Assembly (NCBI GenBank): GCA_023150835.1
Contig: JAKLKB010000001.1
Location: 1 to 64,000, forward strand
Origin: Myxococcota bacterium
Lineage (GTDB): Bacteria; Myxococcota_C; UBA6777
Length of the DNA stretch: 64,000 nt
Reading direction: 5' to 3'
In this document: positions 29,732-42,369 of the stretch, in pieces
Numbering within the stretch: position 1 is the first letter of the stretch
Layout: the number at the start of each line of letters is the position of its first letter
Made by a program: the position numbers and the translations under genes
Notes under the pieces: generated by a model
What the model saw: the letters and a program-made list of their open reading frames with translations, nothing else
The model's database searches: none
What the model was told of the DNA's origin: nothing

Positions 29732-32700
29732 ATGTTTCGCCGAATCCGCCTCCAAATTCGTCTGATTTTTTTTAGTTTGTGTGTCGTCGCTTTGATCGTT
29801 TCCTCTTGCACTTGCGCAGGTTCCGAGCGTTGCCAAGGCGACGCAGGCAAGACCAACACGGACACCAGCGGCCTTCCTTGCGAGCAAACCTGCGACTGCA
29901 GCAATCAAAGCTACGAAGGGTACTGCATCGCTGGAAAGTGTACTTCCTTTGCGCGCCAAAGCTGCACCTTGATCGGTTCGCGTGTCCCTTGTCGCCTCGG
30001 ACTTCTCGTCGATCAAAAGAAAAACTGCGAGTGGGGCGAGCGTACCTGCAAGCCCGATTATCTGACCAATGCTTTGTGGGGAAATTGCGTCCCTTACGAG
30101 ATCGTCAAAGAAGAAGGCTCCGATCCTGCCAAAGCTGCCGAACAGTGCAGCAACGGCAAGGATGACGACTGCGACGGCCTGATCGATGCTGCGGACGACG
30201 GTTGTAAGGCGTACTGCAAACAGCCCGGCGAGCGCCGCCCCTGCTACGAAGTCCCCGTCGATCAAAAAGACGTTCTGAACCAAGGACGCTGTGCGCCCGG
30301 CCTCCAGCGCTGCAACGAAGATCGCAAGTGGGGGGCTTGTGAAGCGCAAGTCCTGCCTTCTGCCGAAACTTGCAATGGCGTGGATGACAACTGCGACGGA
30401 AACATCGACGAAGATCTGCCCAACTGCACCGCAAAGATCTGCAAAGAGGGCGAAAAGCAGGCTTGTTATACCAATGCCATCGGATGCAAACGCCAACCCG
30501 ACGGGCAATTCCAATGCACAGGTCTGTGTAAAGCGGGGGTACGCACTTGCACCAATGGTCGTTTTAGTTCTTGCGAATCTCAGATCACGCCCGCTCAAGA
30601 AGTCTGCGGGGACGGACTTGACAACAACTGCAACGGCATCCCCGACGAAGGCTGCCTTTGCCAAGAAGGCAAGACGCAAGAGTGTTATTCGGGGCCTACC
30701 GATACCAAGGGCATCGGAGCGTGTCTTGTGGGGATTCAAACGTGCCAAGATGGCCGATGGAGCGAGTGTCGCGGAGAACAAGGCCCTACACCCGAACGTT
30801 GCAACGGCCTTGATGACGACTGCAACGGCCAAGTCGACGAGGGATGCGGCACTTGCCGCAGCGGCGATGTCAAAGCCTGCGCACCCGCGACTCCCAATGA
30901 CAAACGCAACAAAGGGATCTGCCGAGACGGTTATCAGATCTGTAGTGGTGGTTCTTGGAGTGCTTGCATCGGTGAAGTGACGCCCGCATCTTCCGAGATC
31001 TGCGATGGTCTCGATAACGATTGCAACGGCAAGATCGACGACGATTGCAAAGGCTGCTTGCCGAATACAACACGCTCTTGTTATGACGACACGACTCCCG
31101 AAAGCAAACGTGGTGTCGGCACTTGTGCTGCGGGGGTGCAGCTTTGCGTGCTTGACGCACAAACCAACACTTACGCATTCGGCCCGTGTCAAGGGGCCGT
31201 CAAGCCCGCCCCGGATGACTCGCTGTGCGATGGCTTTGACAACGATTGCGATGGCCTCGTGGACGAAGATTGCCAAGAGACCTGTATCCCGGGTTATGCG
31301 CGACCTTGTTATACGGGCCCATCTGGAACCGACAAAACCCCCCCTTGCCGCGCTGGAATCCAAGTGTGTGTCCCTAACCAACAAACAGGAAAACACCTCT
31401 TTGGCCCTTGCCAAGGCGCGATCCTCCCTAGCCCTGAGATCTGTGACGGTTTGGACAACGATTGCAACGGCAAGATCGACGACAATTGCACAACGGGCTG
31501 CGTTGTTGGAACTTCTCGCTCTTGTTATACCGGCCCACAGGCGGCGCAAGGCAAAGGTACCTGCAAAGCGGGCCTCCAGTTTTGCACACGCGAACAAAGC
31601 GGAGAAGCCGCCTTTGGCCCTTGCTTCGGGGAGATCCTGCCGACTTCTACGGAGATCTGCGGCGACAACCTCGACAACAACTGCGATGGTCAAGTCGACG
31701 AAAAGTGTGCTTGTAAACTCGGAACCGCCGAAGCCTGTTATACAGGGCCTACGTTGACGCAAAACAAAGGCACCTGCAAAGACGGAATCCGTGTCTGCGC
31801 ACTCGATCCCACAACAGGAACAACGGCCTTTGGCCCTTGCCTCGGCGAAGTCAAACCCGCCGCTGCGGAGATCTGCGGCGATGGCCTCGACAACAACTGC
31901 GATGGCACCGTAGACAACGGTTGTATTTGTAAGCTCGGTGACGCCCAAGCTTGTTACACAGGCAACCCCACTACCCGTGGAAAGGGCATCTGCAAAGATG
32001 GCGTCCAAATCTGCGGAAGTGACGGCAAATTTGGAAGCTGTTTTGGAGACACCAAGCCTGCTGCCGAAATATGCGATGGTCTTGATAACGATTGCAACGG
32101 TCAGATCGACGACAATTGTACAGGTTGCGTTCTCGGAGCATCGAGGCCTTGTTATACAGGCAATTCGACTGATTTGGTTTATAAATCAGAATGTAGGTCT
32201 GGGATCCAATGGTGCGTAAAGAACACCACAACGGGAAACATTGCTTACGAAACGACTTGCAACGGTCAAGTTCTCCCTCGTTCCGAGATTTGCGATGGAA
32301 TTGATAACAACTGCAACGGCATAATCGATGAGAGTTGCACTTCCTGTGAGCCAGGATTCATTCGAAAATGCTATTCGGGTCGCTCTGTGACGGAGGATGT
32401 CGGGCAATGCAAGTCAGGATTTCAGATATGCGAAGCCAACCGTGTTTTTAGCGCGTGTTTGGGCGAAGTCGTGCCTACGCCAGAAGTCTGCAACAACAAA
32501 GACGACGATTGCGACGGAAACATCGACGAAGATAGTTGCCACCCTGGCGAGGCCTGCACGAAGATCACTTATCCAGACGGTCAAGAAGGAGGCGTTTGTT
32601 TGAAGCGTTGCACGGCAAATCCAAACATTTGCCCGATCGACGGAACTTGTCAACCCAATACTCTTTTGACGAATGGCGCAAGAACCTCTGTTTGCGGCCA

Positions 32701-32758
32701 TTGTCAGCAAGACAGCGATTGCAACGGAAAAGCGTGCATAAACAACCATTGCCAATGA
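29732..32758 (+). CDS. Secreted/lipoprotein with many Cys-rich putative metal-binding (MopE-related) repeats
   Basis: More than ten E.C.G.DN.C.G..DE motifs alternating with CY.G....G.C..G.Q.C modules. Signal peptide present. Confidence 0.9.
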   Translation: MFRRIRLQIRLIFFSLCVVALIVSSCTCAGSERCQGDAGKTNTDTSGLPCEQTCDCSNQSYEGYCIAGKCTSFARQSCTLIGSRVPCRLGLLVDQKKNCEWGERTCKPDYLTNALWGNCVPYEIVKEEGSDPAKAAEQCSNGKDDDCDGLIDAADDGCKAYCKQPGERRPCYEVPVDQKDVLNQGRCAPGLQRCNEDRKWGACEAQVLPSAETCNGVDDNCDGNIDEDLPNCTAKICKEGEKQACYTNAIGCKRQPDGQFQCTGLCKAGVRTCTNGRFSSCESQITPAQEVCGDGLDNNCNGIPDEGCLCQEGKTQECYSGPTDTKGIGACLVGIQTCQDGRWSECRGEQGPTPERCNGLDDDCNGQVDEGCGTCRSGDVKACAPATPNDKRNKGICRDGYQICSGGSWSACIGEVTPASSEICDGLDNDCNGKIDDDCKGCLPNTTRSCYDDTTPESKRGVGTCAAGVQLCVLDAQTNTYAFGPCQGAVKPAPDDSLCDGFDNDCDGLVDEDCQETCIPGYARPCYTGPSGTDKTPPCRAGIQVCVPNQQTGKHLFGPCQGAILPSPEICDGLDNDCNGKIDDNCTTGCVVGTSRSCYTGPQAAQGKGTCKAGLQFCTREQSGEAAFGPCFGEILPTSTEICGDNLDNNCDGQVDEKCACKLGTAEACYTGPTLTQNKGTCKDGIRVCALDPTTGTTAFGPCLGEVKPAAAEICGDGLDNNCDGTVDNGCICKLGDAQACYTGNPTTRGKGICKDGVQICGSDGKFGSCFGDTKPAAEICDGLDNDCNGQIDDNCTGCVLGASRPCYTGNSTDLVYKSECRSGIQWCVKNTTTGNIAYETTCNGQVLPRSEICDGIDNNCNGIIDESCTSCEPGFIRKCYSGRSVTEDVGQCKSGFQICEANRVFSACLGEVVPTPEVCNNKDDDCDGNIDEDSCHPGEACTKITYPDGQEGGVCLKRCTANPNICPIDGTCQPNTLLTNGARTSVCGHCQQDSDCNGKACINNHCQ

Positions 32759-32775
32759 GAACAGGCGATTTGTCA

Positions 32776-32900
32776 ACAAAAAAGCCGTGTTCGCGGCACT
32801 CCAAGCGACACAGTCGTTTGTGTGAAAATCCTGTGCTGTCTTCGCCAACACGGGGTCAAGGGGACGCAGTTCTCTTGCGGGCGTGGGGTTCCAACCCCAC
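32776..32900 (+). repeat. Family B repeat copy
   Basis: AAAAAAGCCGTGTTCGCG...CAAGCGAC...TTCGCCAACACGGGGTCAAGGGG...GTGGGGTTCCAACCCCAC. Confidence 0.88.
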
Positions 32901-32999
32901 AAAACAAAAACAACGGCGTCGCGTTAAGAAGAAAAGGGACTGCTGCCGAGAAGAAAAGGGAGCATGATGCACAGCACACAACATCAAGGAGATGAGTCG

Positions 33000-34979
<1,980 letters not shown>

Positions 34980-35054
34980 ACAACGCTGCTTTTGCTTTCT
35001 ACCGTTTCTTCTCGCTGCTCGTTCTTTTTCATTCTCCCAGAAGCTACGCCGTTG

Positions 35055-35180
35055 ACAAAAAACCCCGTGCTCGCGCCCACTCAAGCGACAGAGTGGTTGG
35101 TTTGAAAAGCCTTTGCTCGTTTCGCCGATACGGGGTCAAGGGGTCTGCGACCTATGGCGGGGCGTGGGGTGAAACCCCAC
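35055..35180 (+). repeat. Family B repeat copy
   Basis: AAAAAACCCCGTGCTCGCG...CAAGCGAC...TTCGCCGATACGGGGTCAAGGGG...GTGGGGTGAAACCCCAC. Confidence 0.88.
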
Positions 35181-35252
35181 ATCACCTATCGAACCGCATC
35201 ACCAAATAAAGAGAGTCGCCTCCACCGCATCGAAACACCTACACCACCCGCC

Positions 35253-35281
35253 TTGACACGCAACGCACGTCCCGATATCGT
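35253..35281 (+). promoter_or_regulatory. Sigma70-like promoter TTGACA-17-TATCGT
   Basis: Consensus-like boxes about 30 bp upstream of the DUF849 gene start. Confidence 0.5.
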
Positions 35282-35310
35282 CCTCCAGACACTTCACACC
35301 AGAGGAGGTT

Positions 35311-36189
35311 GTGGCGATGGCTCATGATCGCAAAGTGATCCTTACATGCGCTCTAAACGGCGTTCTTACCGATCCCAAAAGTTTCTCGATCCCTGTAACT
35401 CCCGCACAGATGGCCCAAAGTGCGCGACAAGCCTTTGATGCGGGGGCCTCCATCATGCACGTCCACATCCGCAACCAAGACCCCGATCTTGGACACCTCC
35501 CAAGCTGGAACCCCCAAGAAGCCCAAGCGGTTTGCCACGCCATCCGTGAAGCCTGCCCGGGCGTGATCCTCAACCTCACCACAGGCGTGATCGGCGACGA
35601 TCTCAGCGGTCCCCTCGGTTGTCTCGAAGCTGTCAAACCCGAGATGGCCGCCATGAACGCAGGTTCGCTCAATTATCTGAAAGTTCGCTCTGGCGGCCAG
35701 TGGGCGTGGCCCCCGATCCTTTTTGATAATCCCATCGAAAAGATCGAGCGCTTTTTGGCGACCATGAAAAAGCACAACATCGTTCCCGAGTGCGAGTGCT
35801 TTGATGTCGGAATTGTTCGCAGCGTCGATCTCTTCCGTCAAGTCGGCTTGATCGCTTCTCCTGTCCATATCTCCTTGATCATGGGCGTCGCAAGCGGGAT
35901 GCCCGCAAAAGCCCATTGGCTGCCGCTTTTGCTCGAAGAGATCCCCAAAGATGCCCACTGGCAGGTGATCGGCATCGGGCGTCAAGAAGTCTGGAGTCTT
36001 CATCAGAAAGCGGCGGAGCTTGGCGGACACCTTCGTACGGGACTCGAAGATACCTTTTACTTGCCGAACGGTGAAAAAGCCGCTTCGAACGGCCAACTCA
36101 TCGAGGCTCTCGCACACATCGCACGCCAAGCAGGGCGCGATATCGCATCGCCCACCGAAGCTCGCGCCTTGCTTGGTCTGGGGGCGTAG
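35311..36189 (+). CDS. Beta-keto acid cleavage enzyme family (DUF849/BKACE)
   Basis: TCALNG, AGASIMHVHIR, PECECFD and RTGLED. Confidence 0.93.
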   Translation: MAMAHDRKVILTCALNGVLTDPKSFSIPVTPAQMAQSARQAFDAGASIMHVHIRNQDPDLGHLPSWNPQEAQAVCHAIREACPGVILNLTTGVIGDDLSGPLGCLEAVKPEMAAMNAGSLNYLKVRSGGQWAWPPILFDNPIEKIERFLATMKKHNIVPECECFDVGIVRSVDLFRQVGLIASPVHISLIMGVASGMPAKAHWLPLLLEEIPKDAHWQVIGIGRQEVWSLHQKAAELGGHLRTGLEDTFYLPNGEKAASNGQLIEALAHIARQAGRDIASPTEARALLGLGA

Positions 36190-36191
36190 CG

Positions 36192-38504
36192 TTGGAACTC
36201 TCCCCTTGGCAACGTGCCCTTCGCACCTTGCGTCTTTGGACACGCCCCACGCTGCATCCTTCGGCGGCGATCTTTGGGGCGATGATGCTGTTTGCCCTTG
36301 TCTATCGCCTGCGCCTGATCGCCTTGCTCTTTCGGGAAAAAGACCGCTTGTTTGGCTTTCGGCCTGAGATCTTTCCTGTGGTGGTCTTGCTCAAGGAACT
36401 CTGGCACGAACTGATCCTTGCGACTTCGCTCGCTGCTCTTGTCTGGCTGGCCTATCATGCCGAGATGCACCTCCAAGATGGACGCTTTCGCCGATGGCTA
36501 CGCCGTGGAGCGTGGGCTGGCTTTCACCTCGGCCTGTTCTTCGTCGGCTTCCTTTACACCGCACACTATATGCTCATGGTCACCATGCAAAGCGGTCTGG
36601 TCTTTGAAGTGATCATGGAAAGCTTCGCCAGTTTTTCTACCGCAGGCGTACAAAATGCGCTGCCTCATCTACGCTTTACAGAGTTCGTCTTTATTTTTCT
36701 TCCGATGATCAGCTTCTGGATCTTCTATACCCTCGCCATCCCCCTCCAACGCATCGCCCAACAGTTCGCGATCTTGCTGATCAGCGGTATTTTTTTTCTT
36801 TATCTTGCCCAACCCTACGACCCTTCCTCTTCTCGCCTTGCCAACGAGATCCGCCATAACCCCCTCTTTTTCGTCCTTTCTGATTCCTTTCAAGCCTACC
36901 GCAACAACGCACAAACGGCTCTCTCCCGTACCACCGCACCTTTGCCTGTACTGCGCTTGACTTCCCCCCAACCCGTCCTTTCTTCACCCTCCGCTCACCC
37001 TCCCTCCACACCCTCCGCTCACCTCCCCTCCACTCCATCCACGCAAACCAATGCTCCTGCTGTACGCGAATTTCCGTCGCCCTCTCTGCATCGTAAACTT
37101 GCGCAGCGGTCGATCCACCCCGTCTCCTCGACCCCTCCCCATGCTCGTGGACCGTTGTTGCCGCCCTCTCACCTGCCCATGCCCATCCCCCCCACGCTCT
37201 CGCCTCCTGCGCAACCTACGCCTTTGCCTCCCCTCGCTCTCAGTCCCGAACAGATGCGCTCCGTCGCGCACGTTGATCCCGTCTTTGTCGATCCTTCGAT
37301 CCAGCCCCAACACCATCTCCCGCCCACACGCGCAAAACGCTGGAATGTCTTGATGATGGTCATGGAAAGCACCGGCACTCGCTACATCTTTGCCAAACAA
37401 CCCAACGGCCAGCCTGTCATGCCCTTCCTTTCGGAACTAATGAAACAAAGTCGCGTCTATCGCCGCCACTTTTCGCCTTCCAACTCAAGCCCTCGTTCGT
37501 ATTTCTCGATCTTTAGCGGATTGTACCCCACACCTCAACTCAAAATGTTCTCTTTACGCAAAGACCTTGCTGTCCCTGCTTACCCAACTTTTACCCAAAA
37601 AGGATATGACCATTATCTGATCAACCCGAGCTCCCTCAACTGGTACTTTCCTTATTGGATGATGCAACACGCGGGACACAAGAACCTGATCGATTACGCA
37701 AAACTCCCCATCCCCCACAACCCAAGCCGCATCCTCGCTCGCCACGAAGTCGACACCGCAACACATTTTCTTAAACACTTCAAAACCATGAAAGAGCCTT
37801 TTTGGGCGACCTACACCAGCTTCGTCCCGCACTATCCGTACACCGATTACGGCCCACAGTATCGGCCTTTTAAGAACATTCATTCTGCGCTCGCTCGCTA
37901 CTACAACAACCTCTACCTGCTCGATCAACAATTCGCCCGCTTCTTCCAGCACCTCAAGGACACCCACAAGCTCCAGCGCACCATCCTTGTGATCACAGGC
38001 GATCACGGCGAAGCTTTTGGACAACATCGCGGAAACTATACACATTCTCGATACAGCTACAACGAAAACTTTGAAACCCCCCTGATCTTTTACCAACCGC
38101 AGCTTTTTCGCCCCGGTGTCTCCTTCCGCTACACCAGCCACGTTGATATCCTCCCCACCCTGCTCGACGCCATGGGCATCGCCTACAATCCCCGCCTCTT
38201 TCAAGGCGAATCGCTTTTCCTCTCCCAACCTCGCCGTCGTTATCTCTTTCTTTTCGGAAACGAAAACACGCTCTCTTTGGTTGGCCGCGATCACATCAAG
38301 GTCCAATACTCCCTCAAACACCAACGCTGCTGGGCCTACGATCTCAAACAAGATCCCACCGAAAAAAACGTTCTTCCTTGTGCAAGCTTTGAAGCACAAC
38401 GCCGTGCGCTCTTGCTTTGGAGCCGATACCAGCCCCAACTCCTCGATCAATACAACCAAGCCGCTGCGCAAAAACGCCCATTCTTCGGTCAATCTCACCC
38501 ATGA
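36192..38504 (+). CDS. Membrane-anchored sulfatase/LTA-synthase-like hydrolase
   Basis: N-terminal TMs, then NVLMMVMES, PHYPY, ITGDHGEAFG and SHVDILPT. Confidence 0.85.
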   Translation: MELSPWQRALRTLRLWTRPTLHPSAAIFGAMMLFALVYRLRLIALLFREKDRLFGFRPEIFPVVVLLKELWHELILATSLAALVWLAYHAEMHLQDGRFRRWLRRGAWAGFHLGLFFVGFLYTAHYMLMVTMQSGLVFEVIMESFASFSTAGVQNALPHLRFTEFVFIFLPMISFWIFYTLAIPLQRIAQQFAILLISGIFFLYLAQPYDPSSSRLANEIRHNPLFFVLSDSFQAYRNNAQTALSRTTAPLPVLRLTSPQPVLSSPSAHPPSTPSAHLPSTPSTQTNAPAVREFPSPSLHRKLAQRSIHPVSSTPPHARGPLLPPSHLPMPIPPTLSPPAQPTPLPPLALSPEQMRSVAHVDPVFVDPSIQPQHHLPPTRAKRWNVLMMVMESTGTRYIFAKQPNGQPVMPFLSELMKQSRVYRRHFSPSNSSPRSYFSIFSGLYPTPQLKMFSLRKDLAVPAYPTFTQKGYDHYLINPSSLNWYFPYWMMQHAGHKNLIDYAKLPIPHNPSRILARHEVDTATHFLKHFKTMKEPFWATYTSFVPHYPYTDYGPQYRPFKNIHSALARYYNNLYLLDQQFARFFQHLKDTHKLQRTILVITGDHGEAFGQHRGNYTHSRYSYNENFETPLIFYQPQLFRPGVSFRYTSHVDILPTLLDAMGIAYNPRLFQGESLFLSQPRRRYLFLFGNENTLSLVGRDHIKVQYSLKHQRCWAYDLKQDPTEKNVLPCASFEAQRRALLLWSRYQPQLLDQYNQAAAQKRPFFGQSHP

Positions 38505-38641
38505 TCGACCCACCCAAAGACCACCACAGCCGAACTTGCGCGGTCGCTGTGCTGGACGGGGCGAGTTCCAAAACTTGAGGAGTGCTTGCCCACAAGGGCC
38601 TTGGCTCCCTTGTCCCCGTGTTTGGCGAAGAAAAACGGAGA

Positions 38642-41275
38642 TCAGCGAAACATCATATGCTGTGGGTGCAACAGAAAAGCCTGCAAGGATCGCTGTTTGC
38701 GTTTGGTCTCCAAAAAACAGGCGCTTCGGGGGTATCCGATCAATCCCTGCGCGGCGACTTCTGCCATCTGTTGTGCGACTCGAAAGGCTGCTTTGGCCTG
38801 TTCTGTCACGATCCGTCGCAAACGCTCCCGTTCCACAACAGATAGATCGCGAAAAGAATGCAATTTCTTGTATGCGGAGACCACTTGTTTTCCAGCGAAG
38901 GCATACCCCGCTGCCTGCAAACTCAGCACACAAGATCCCCCCGTAGGTCCGGCCTTTCGCAGCTTATCGACCGCTTCGGATGCCGTAAACTGCTGCAATG
39001 ACTCCATCAGCGTCTGGTACTGTGCCAAATACGGGTAGCGCGTCTGGATCCGAAAACGCATCACTTCTGCCAATCGCTGTTTGCCTGCATGATAAGCGGC
39101 GGATTCAGTCCATGTATTCGGCGGTTTGGGGGGGGTGTGTTCTTGTTGGGGCGGTTCGTTCGGGTGTTGCGCTGAATTCTGTTCTTGTTTGTGCGGATTG
39201 TTCGAGATTTTCGGTGTTGTGTGTTCTTGTTGATGCGGATCGTTCGGGCGTTGCGCTGGATTCTGTTCTTGTTGTGTTGAGGGTTTGGGGGCTTCTCGAC
39301 GGGGAGGGGGGGGCTGTGCTGCCCCACGTTTGGCGGGTGGCAAAAACTCCATCGCGTGACCCAACATCTGTTTGGCCCCTTGCAACGTCCCCAAAAGATC
39401 TCCTTTGCGCGAAGCCTCTTCCATCCGACGCTTGGTTTGGCTCATCTGTCTTAACTTTCCAGCGACTTTTTCCAGCGCGCTCGCCCCCATATCATCGACG
39501 CCTTGCGGCCCTGCACTGGGCTTATGCTCAGGGCGTTGCACGTTTGTCGTTGCCTTGTCGTCCTTGCCCTCGGCTTTTTGCGCCTCTTGATTTGCAGCAT
39601 CCCTCTGGGCAGCTTGTTTCGGTCCGTCGTTCGGGCGTGGTGTAGGGCTTGTGGTGTCGCTCGGTGCGCGTTGCGTCGGCCCGCCGTTCGGGCGCTTTAC
39701 GAGATTTGCGGTGTCGCTCGGTGCGCGTTGTGTCGGCCCGTCGTTCGGGCGTTTTACGAGATTCGCTGTGGGTTGTTTCGGTCCGTCGTTCGGGCGTTGT
39801 GGAGGGGATGGCAAAGGCACAGACGGTTGGTTCATGGATGGAGCAGCACGTTGGCTCAAAATAGCCGTACGGGGGGATGATTCGTTCGGTTGCCATCCAA
39901 TCCAGTCCCAGATCTCGTCCACTCCCCACAACAACAGCCCCACCCCCACAAGACACAAAAAGCCGACCACCCAAGGCCAAAGTCGCCGTTTTTTCGGAAT
40001 TTTCAGAGCGCTGTTCGATTCAATCGACAGAGGTTGGGCTTTGGGGGTTGCGGAACTCAGTTTGTGGCTACTTTTGGGAGCGTCCAAAAACGGCATGGCT
40101 TGGGCTTTTGGGCTGGCGATGCTCATCGCAGGGACACGCGGCGCAAGATCCTCCGACCGAAGCGGCGCGATCGCGGTCTCTCGAATCGCGTCTTCGTCAG
40201 ACGAATGCACCGAAGATGGCAGCCCTTCTACAGGGTACCAAAACCCCCGAACATCCGTCACCGCCAGATCTTCTTCGGCGACGTGTGTGTGAGATCCTGT
40301 GGTCGCTCCCCCAAACCGCCGATGCAACGAACGAAAGGCATCACGCAACATCTCCATCGATGCGGGCCGATCTTCGGGAGATTTTGCCAGCATCTGATCG
40401 ACCCATCTCGCCAGTTCTTCGGGAACATCCCGACACTTTTCGCGGATAGGCGGCGGCTTGACAGAAGTATGGGCGCGCAACATCTCCATAAACGAGCCTT
40501 GCTGGTTGGGCGAAGGGTAGCCAAACGGTGGTATCCCCGCCAACATCTCATACAAGATGATCCCCAACGCATACACATCACTCGCAGGCCCAATCCCCGA
40601 ACCTTGCGCTTGTTCGGGCGACATATAGATCGGCGTCCCCAAGATCCCTTGCGTCAGGTGCGGAGCCTGCGTATCGATCATCGTCTTTGCGATACCAAAG
40701 TCCAACACCTTGACAAACGCTTCATGCCCTTCACGCACCGCCAAAAAGATATTCTCAGGCTTGAGATCGCGATGCACCACCGATGCCCGATGGCACGTCG
40801 CGATCGCATCGCAAACTTGCCAACCCACATCCAACACAAACGCCAGCGGTAGCCCTCCCCGTCCCAACACAGCCGACAACGGGTGCCCACGCAGATGCTC
40901 CATCACATAAAAAAAACCAAGATCTGGATCTTGTCCAAAATCATCGTAGATCCGCACGATATGCTCGTTGCGCTGCGACAACGACATCGTCACACGCACT
41001 TCTCGATAAAAGCGCTCGATATTCTCGGGGGATTGTAGAACGTGCGCTTTGAGGATCTTGATCGCTCGCTCTCGATCGCTTTCGAGGTAGATATGCGCCG
41101 CACGATAGATCGTTCCAAATCCCCCCTCTGCGATCGGCCCCAACAGACGGTACTTATGGGCGATCAGTTTCAACGGGAAACGGCATTGCGCGCAGTAGAG
41201 CGACCCTTCTTCTGAGGGAGAATAAGGAGCCTTGCACTCGGGACATTGGGATATCTCTTGGAACATCCTGCTCAC
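38642..41275 (-). CDS. Hanks-type Ser/Thr protein kinase with one TM and a low-complexity C-terminal region
   Basis: GGFGTIY, HRDLKPEN, DFGIAK and GTPIYMSPEQ. N-terminal CxxC...CxxC ribbon. Confidence 0.95.
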   Translation of the reverse strand: MSRMFQEISQCPECKAPYSPSEEGSLYCAQCRFPLKLIAHKYRLLGPIAEGGFGTIYRAAHIYLESDRERAIKILKAHVLQSPENIERFYREVRVTMSLSQRNEHIVRIYDDFGQDPDLGFFYVMEHLRGHPLSAVLGRGGLPLAFVLDVGWQVCDAIATCHRASVVHRDLKPENIFLAVREGHEAFVKVLDFGIAKTMIDTQAPHLTQGILGTPIYMSPEQAQGSGIGPASDVYALGIILYEMLAGIPPFGYPSPNQQGSFMEMLRAHTSVKPPPIREKCRDVPEELARWVDQMLAKSPEDRPASMEMLRDAFRSLHRRFGGATTGSHTHVAEEDLAVTDVRGFWYPVEGLPSSVHSSDEDAIRETAIAPLRSEDLAPRVPAMSIASPKAQAMPFLDAPKSSHKLSSATPKAQPLSIESNSALKIPKKRRLWPWVVGFLCLVGVGLLLWGVDEIWDWIGWQPNESSPRTAILSQRAAPSMNQPSVPLPSPPQRPNDGPKQPTANLVKRPNDGPTQRAPSDTANLVKRPNGGPTQRAPSDTTSPTPRPNDGPKQAAQRDAANQEAQKAEGKDDKATTNVQRPEHKPSAGPQGVDDMGASALEKVAGKLRQMSQTKRRMEEASRKGDLLGTLQGAKQMLGHAMEFLPPAKRGAAQPPPPRREAPKPSTQQEQNPAQRPNDPHQQEHTTPKISNNPHKQEQNSAQHPNEPPQQEHTPPKPPNTWTESAAYHAGKQRLAEVMRFRIQTRYPYLAQYQTLMESLQQFTASEAVDKLRKAGPTGGSCVLSLQAAGYAFAGKQVVSAYKKLHSFRDLSVVERERLRRIVTEQAKAAFRVAQQMAEVAAQGLIGYPRSACFLETKRKQRSLQAFLLHPQHMMFR

Positions 41276-41488
41276 CCTTTATTACCGACACAGGCGGCGA
41301 AAACACGTCCTCTTTGAAGACCAGCAGACCCCCGTTGATCGCACCCCCCAAGGGCGCTATAACGAAGCGCGCTTTGGTTGACACGATCCCACACTACACG
41401 CCAAACAACAAGACCGAACGCCAAGGTCGCGTGCTATCCGCACGATGACTCCCTTGCTTCTCATCTCGCACAAGGAGATCTGTCGATT

Positions 41489-42364
41489 ATGGACCTCAAA
41501 GAGACCTTCGGCAACCTCAAGCGCATGATCCAAGGCCCTCGCGTCCCCATCGGTGACCGCCAAGCCATCGTCGTCGCCGTCGCCGCTCAAAAAGGCGGTG
41601 TCGGAAAAACCACCACCGCCGTCCATCTTGCCGCTGGCATCGCCGCCTTCCACAAACGAAAAGTCCTGCTCGTCGATATGGACGCCCAAGGCCACGTCCA
41701 GATGAGCCTGTCTTCTCTTCTCCCCACCCAACAAGGCGAATCCCTCGGTGGGCTGCTCTTACAAAAACACCGCGATATCCAAGAACTGGCCCAACCCACC
41801 GCCATCGAACATCTTTGGTCCATCCCCAGCGACCGCAGCCTCAACGAAACCGAAGCACAGATGGCCTCCCGCATCGGCAAAGAACTTTTGCTCAAACAAA
41901 GTAGCAAGATCGCTCGCTCTCACTACGACTTGATCGTGATCGATTGCCCTCCCAACATCGGAACGCTTACGCTCAACGCTCTTGTCGCCGCTGATGCTGT
42001 CCTTGTTCCCTGCGATATGAGCGTCCTCAGCCTTGATGGTGTCGCCTCCATCCTCGAAACCACACAAACCGTCCGCGAGATGTTGAACCCCAACCTCCAA
42101 TGGCTCGGCGTCGTCCGCACCCGCCTCGACCGCCGCAACGTGATGCTCAACCGCAGTATCGTCGAGAGTTTGAGACAACAATATGGCGAAAAACTCTTTG
42201 GTTCCGAGATCTGCAACGCCTCTGCTGTGGCTCGCGCCCAACTCGCCGGACAAACCATCTACAACTTCGATCCACGCTCCGCCGCCAGTCGCGCCTATCG
42301 CATCCTCACCGATGAATTCGCCCAACGCATCGGCTTGACCACATCTCCCCCAAAACGGGCTTAA
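41489..42364 (+). CDS. ParA/Soj family ATPase (orphan)
   Basis: QKGGVGKTTT, DMDAQG and IDCPP. RBS AAGGAG. Confidence 0.93.
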   Translation: MDLKETFGNLKRMIQGPRVPIGDRQAIVVAVAAQKGGVGKTTTAVHLAAGIAAFHKRKVLLVDMDAQGHVQMSLSSLLPTQQGESLGGLLLQKHRDIQELAQPTAIEHLWSIPSDRSLNETEAQMASRIGKELLLKQSSKIARSHYDLIVIDCPPNIGTLTLNALVAADAVLVPCDMSVLSLDGVASILETTQTVREMLNPNLQWLGVVRTRLDRRNVMLNRSIVESLRQQYGEKLFGSEICNASAVARAQLAGQTIYNFDPRSAASRAYRILTDEFAQRIGLTTSPPKRA

Positions 42365-42369
42365 CCACG

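Noticed and set aside
29693-32008. 771-aa minus-strand ORF (likewise 52128-54416 and 47876-49681)
   Set aside because: These are antisense shadows of well-supported plus-strand genes with no recognisable motifs.
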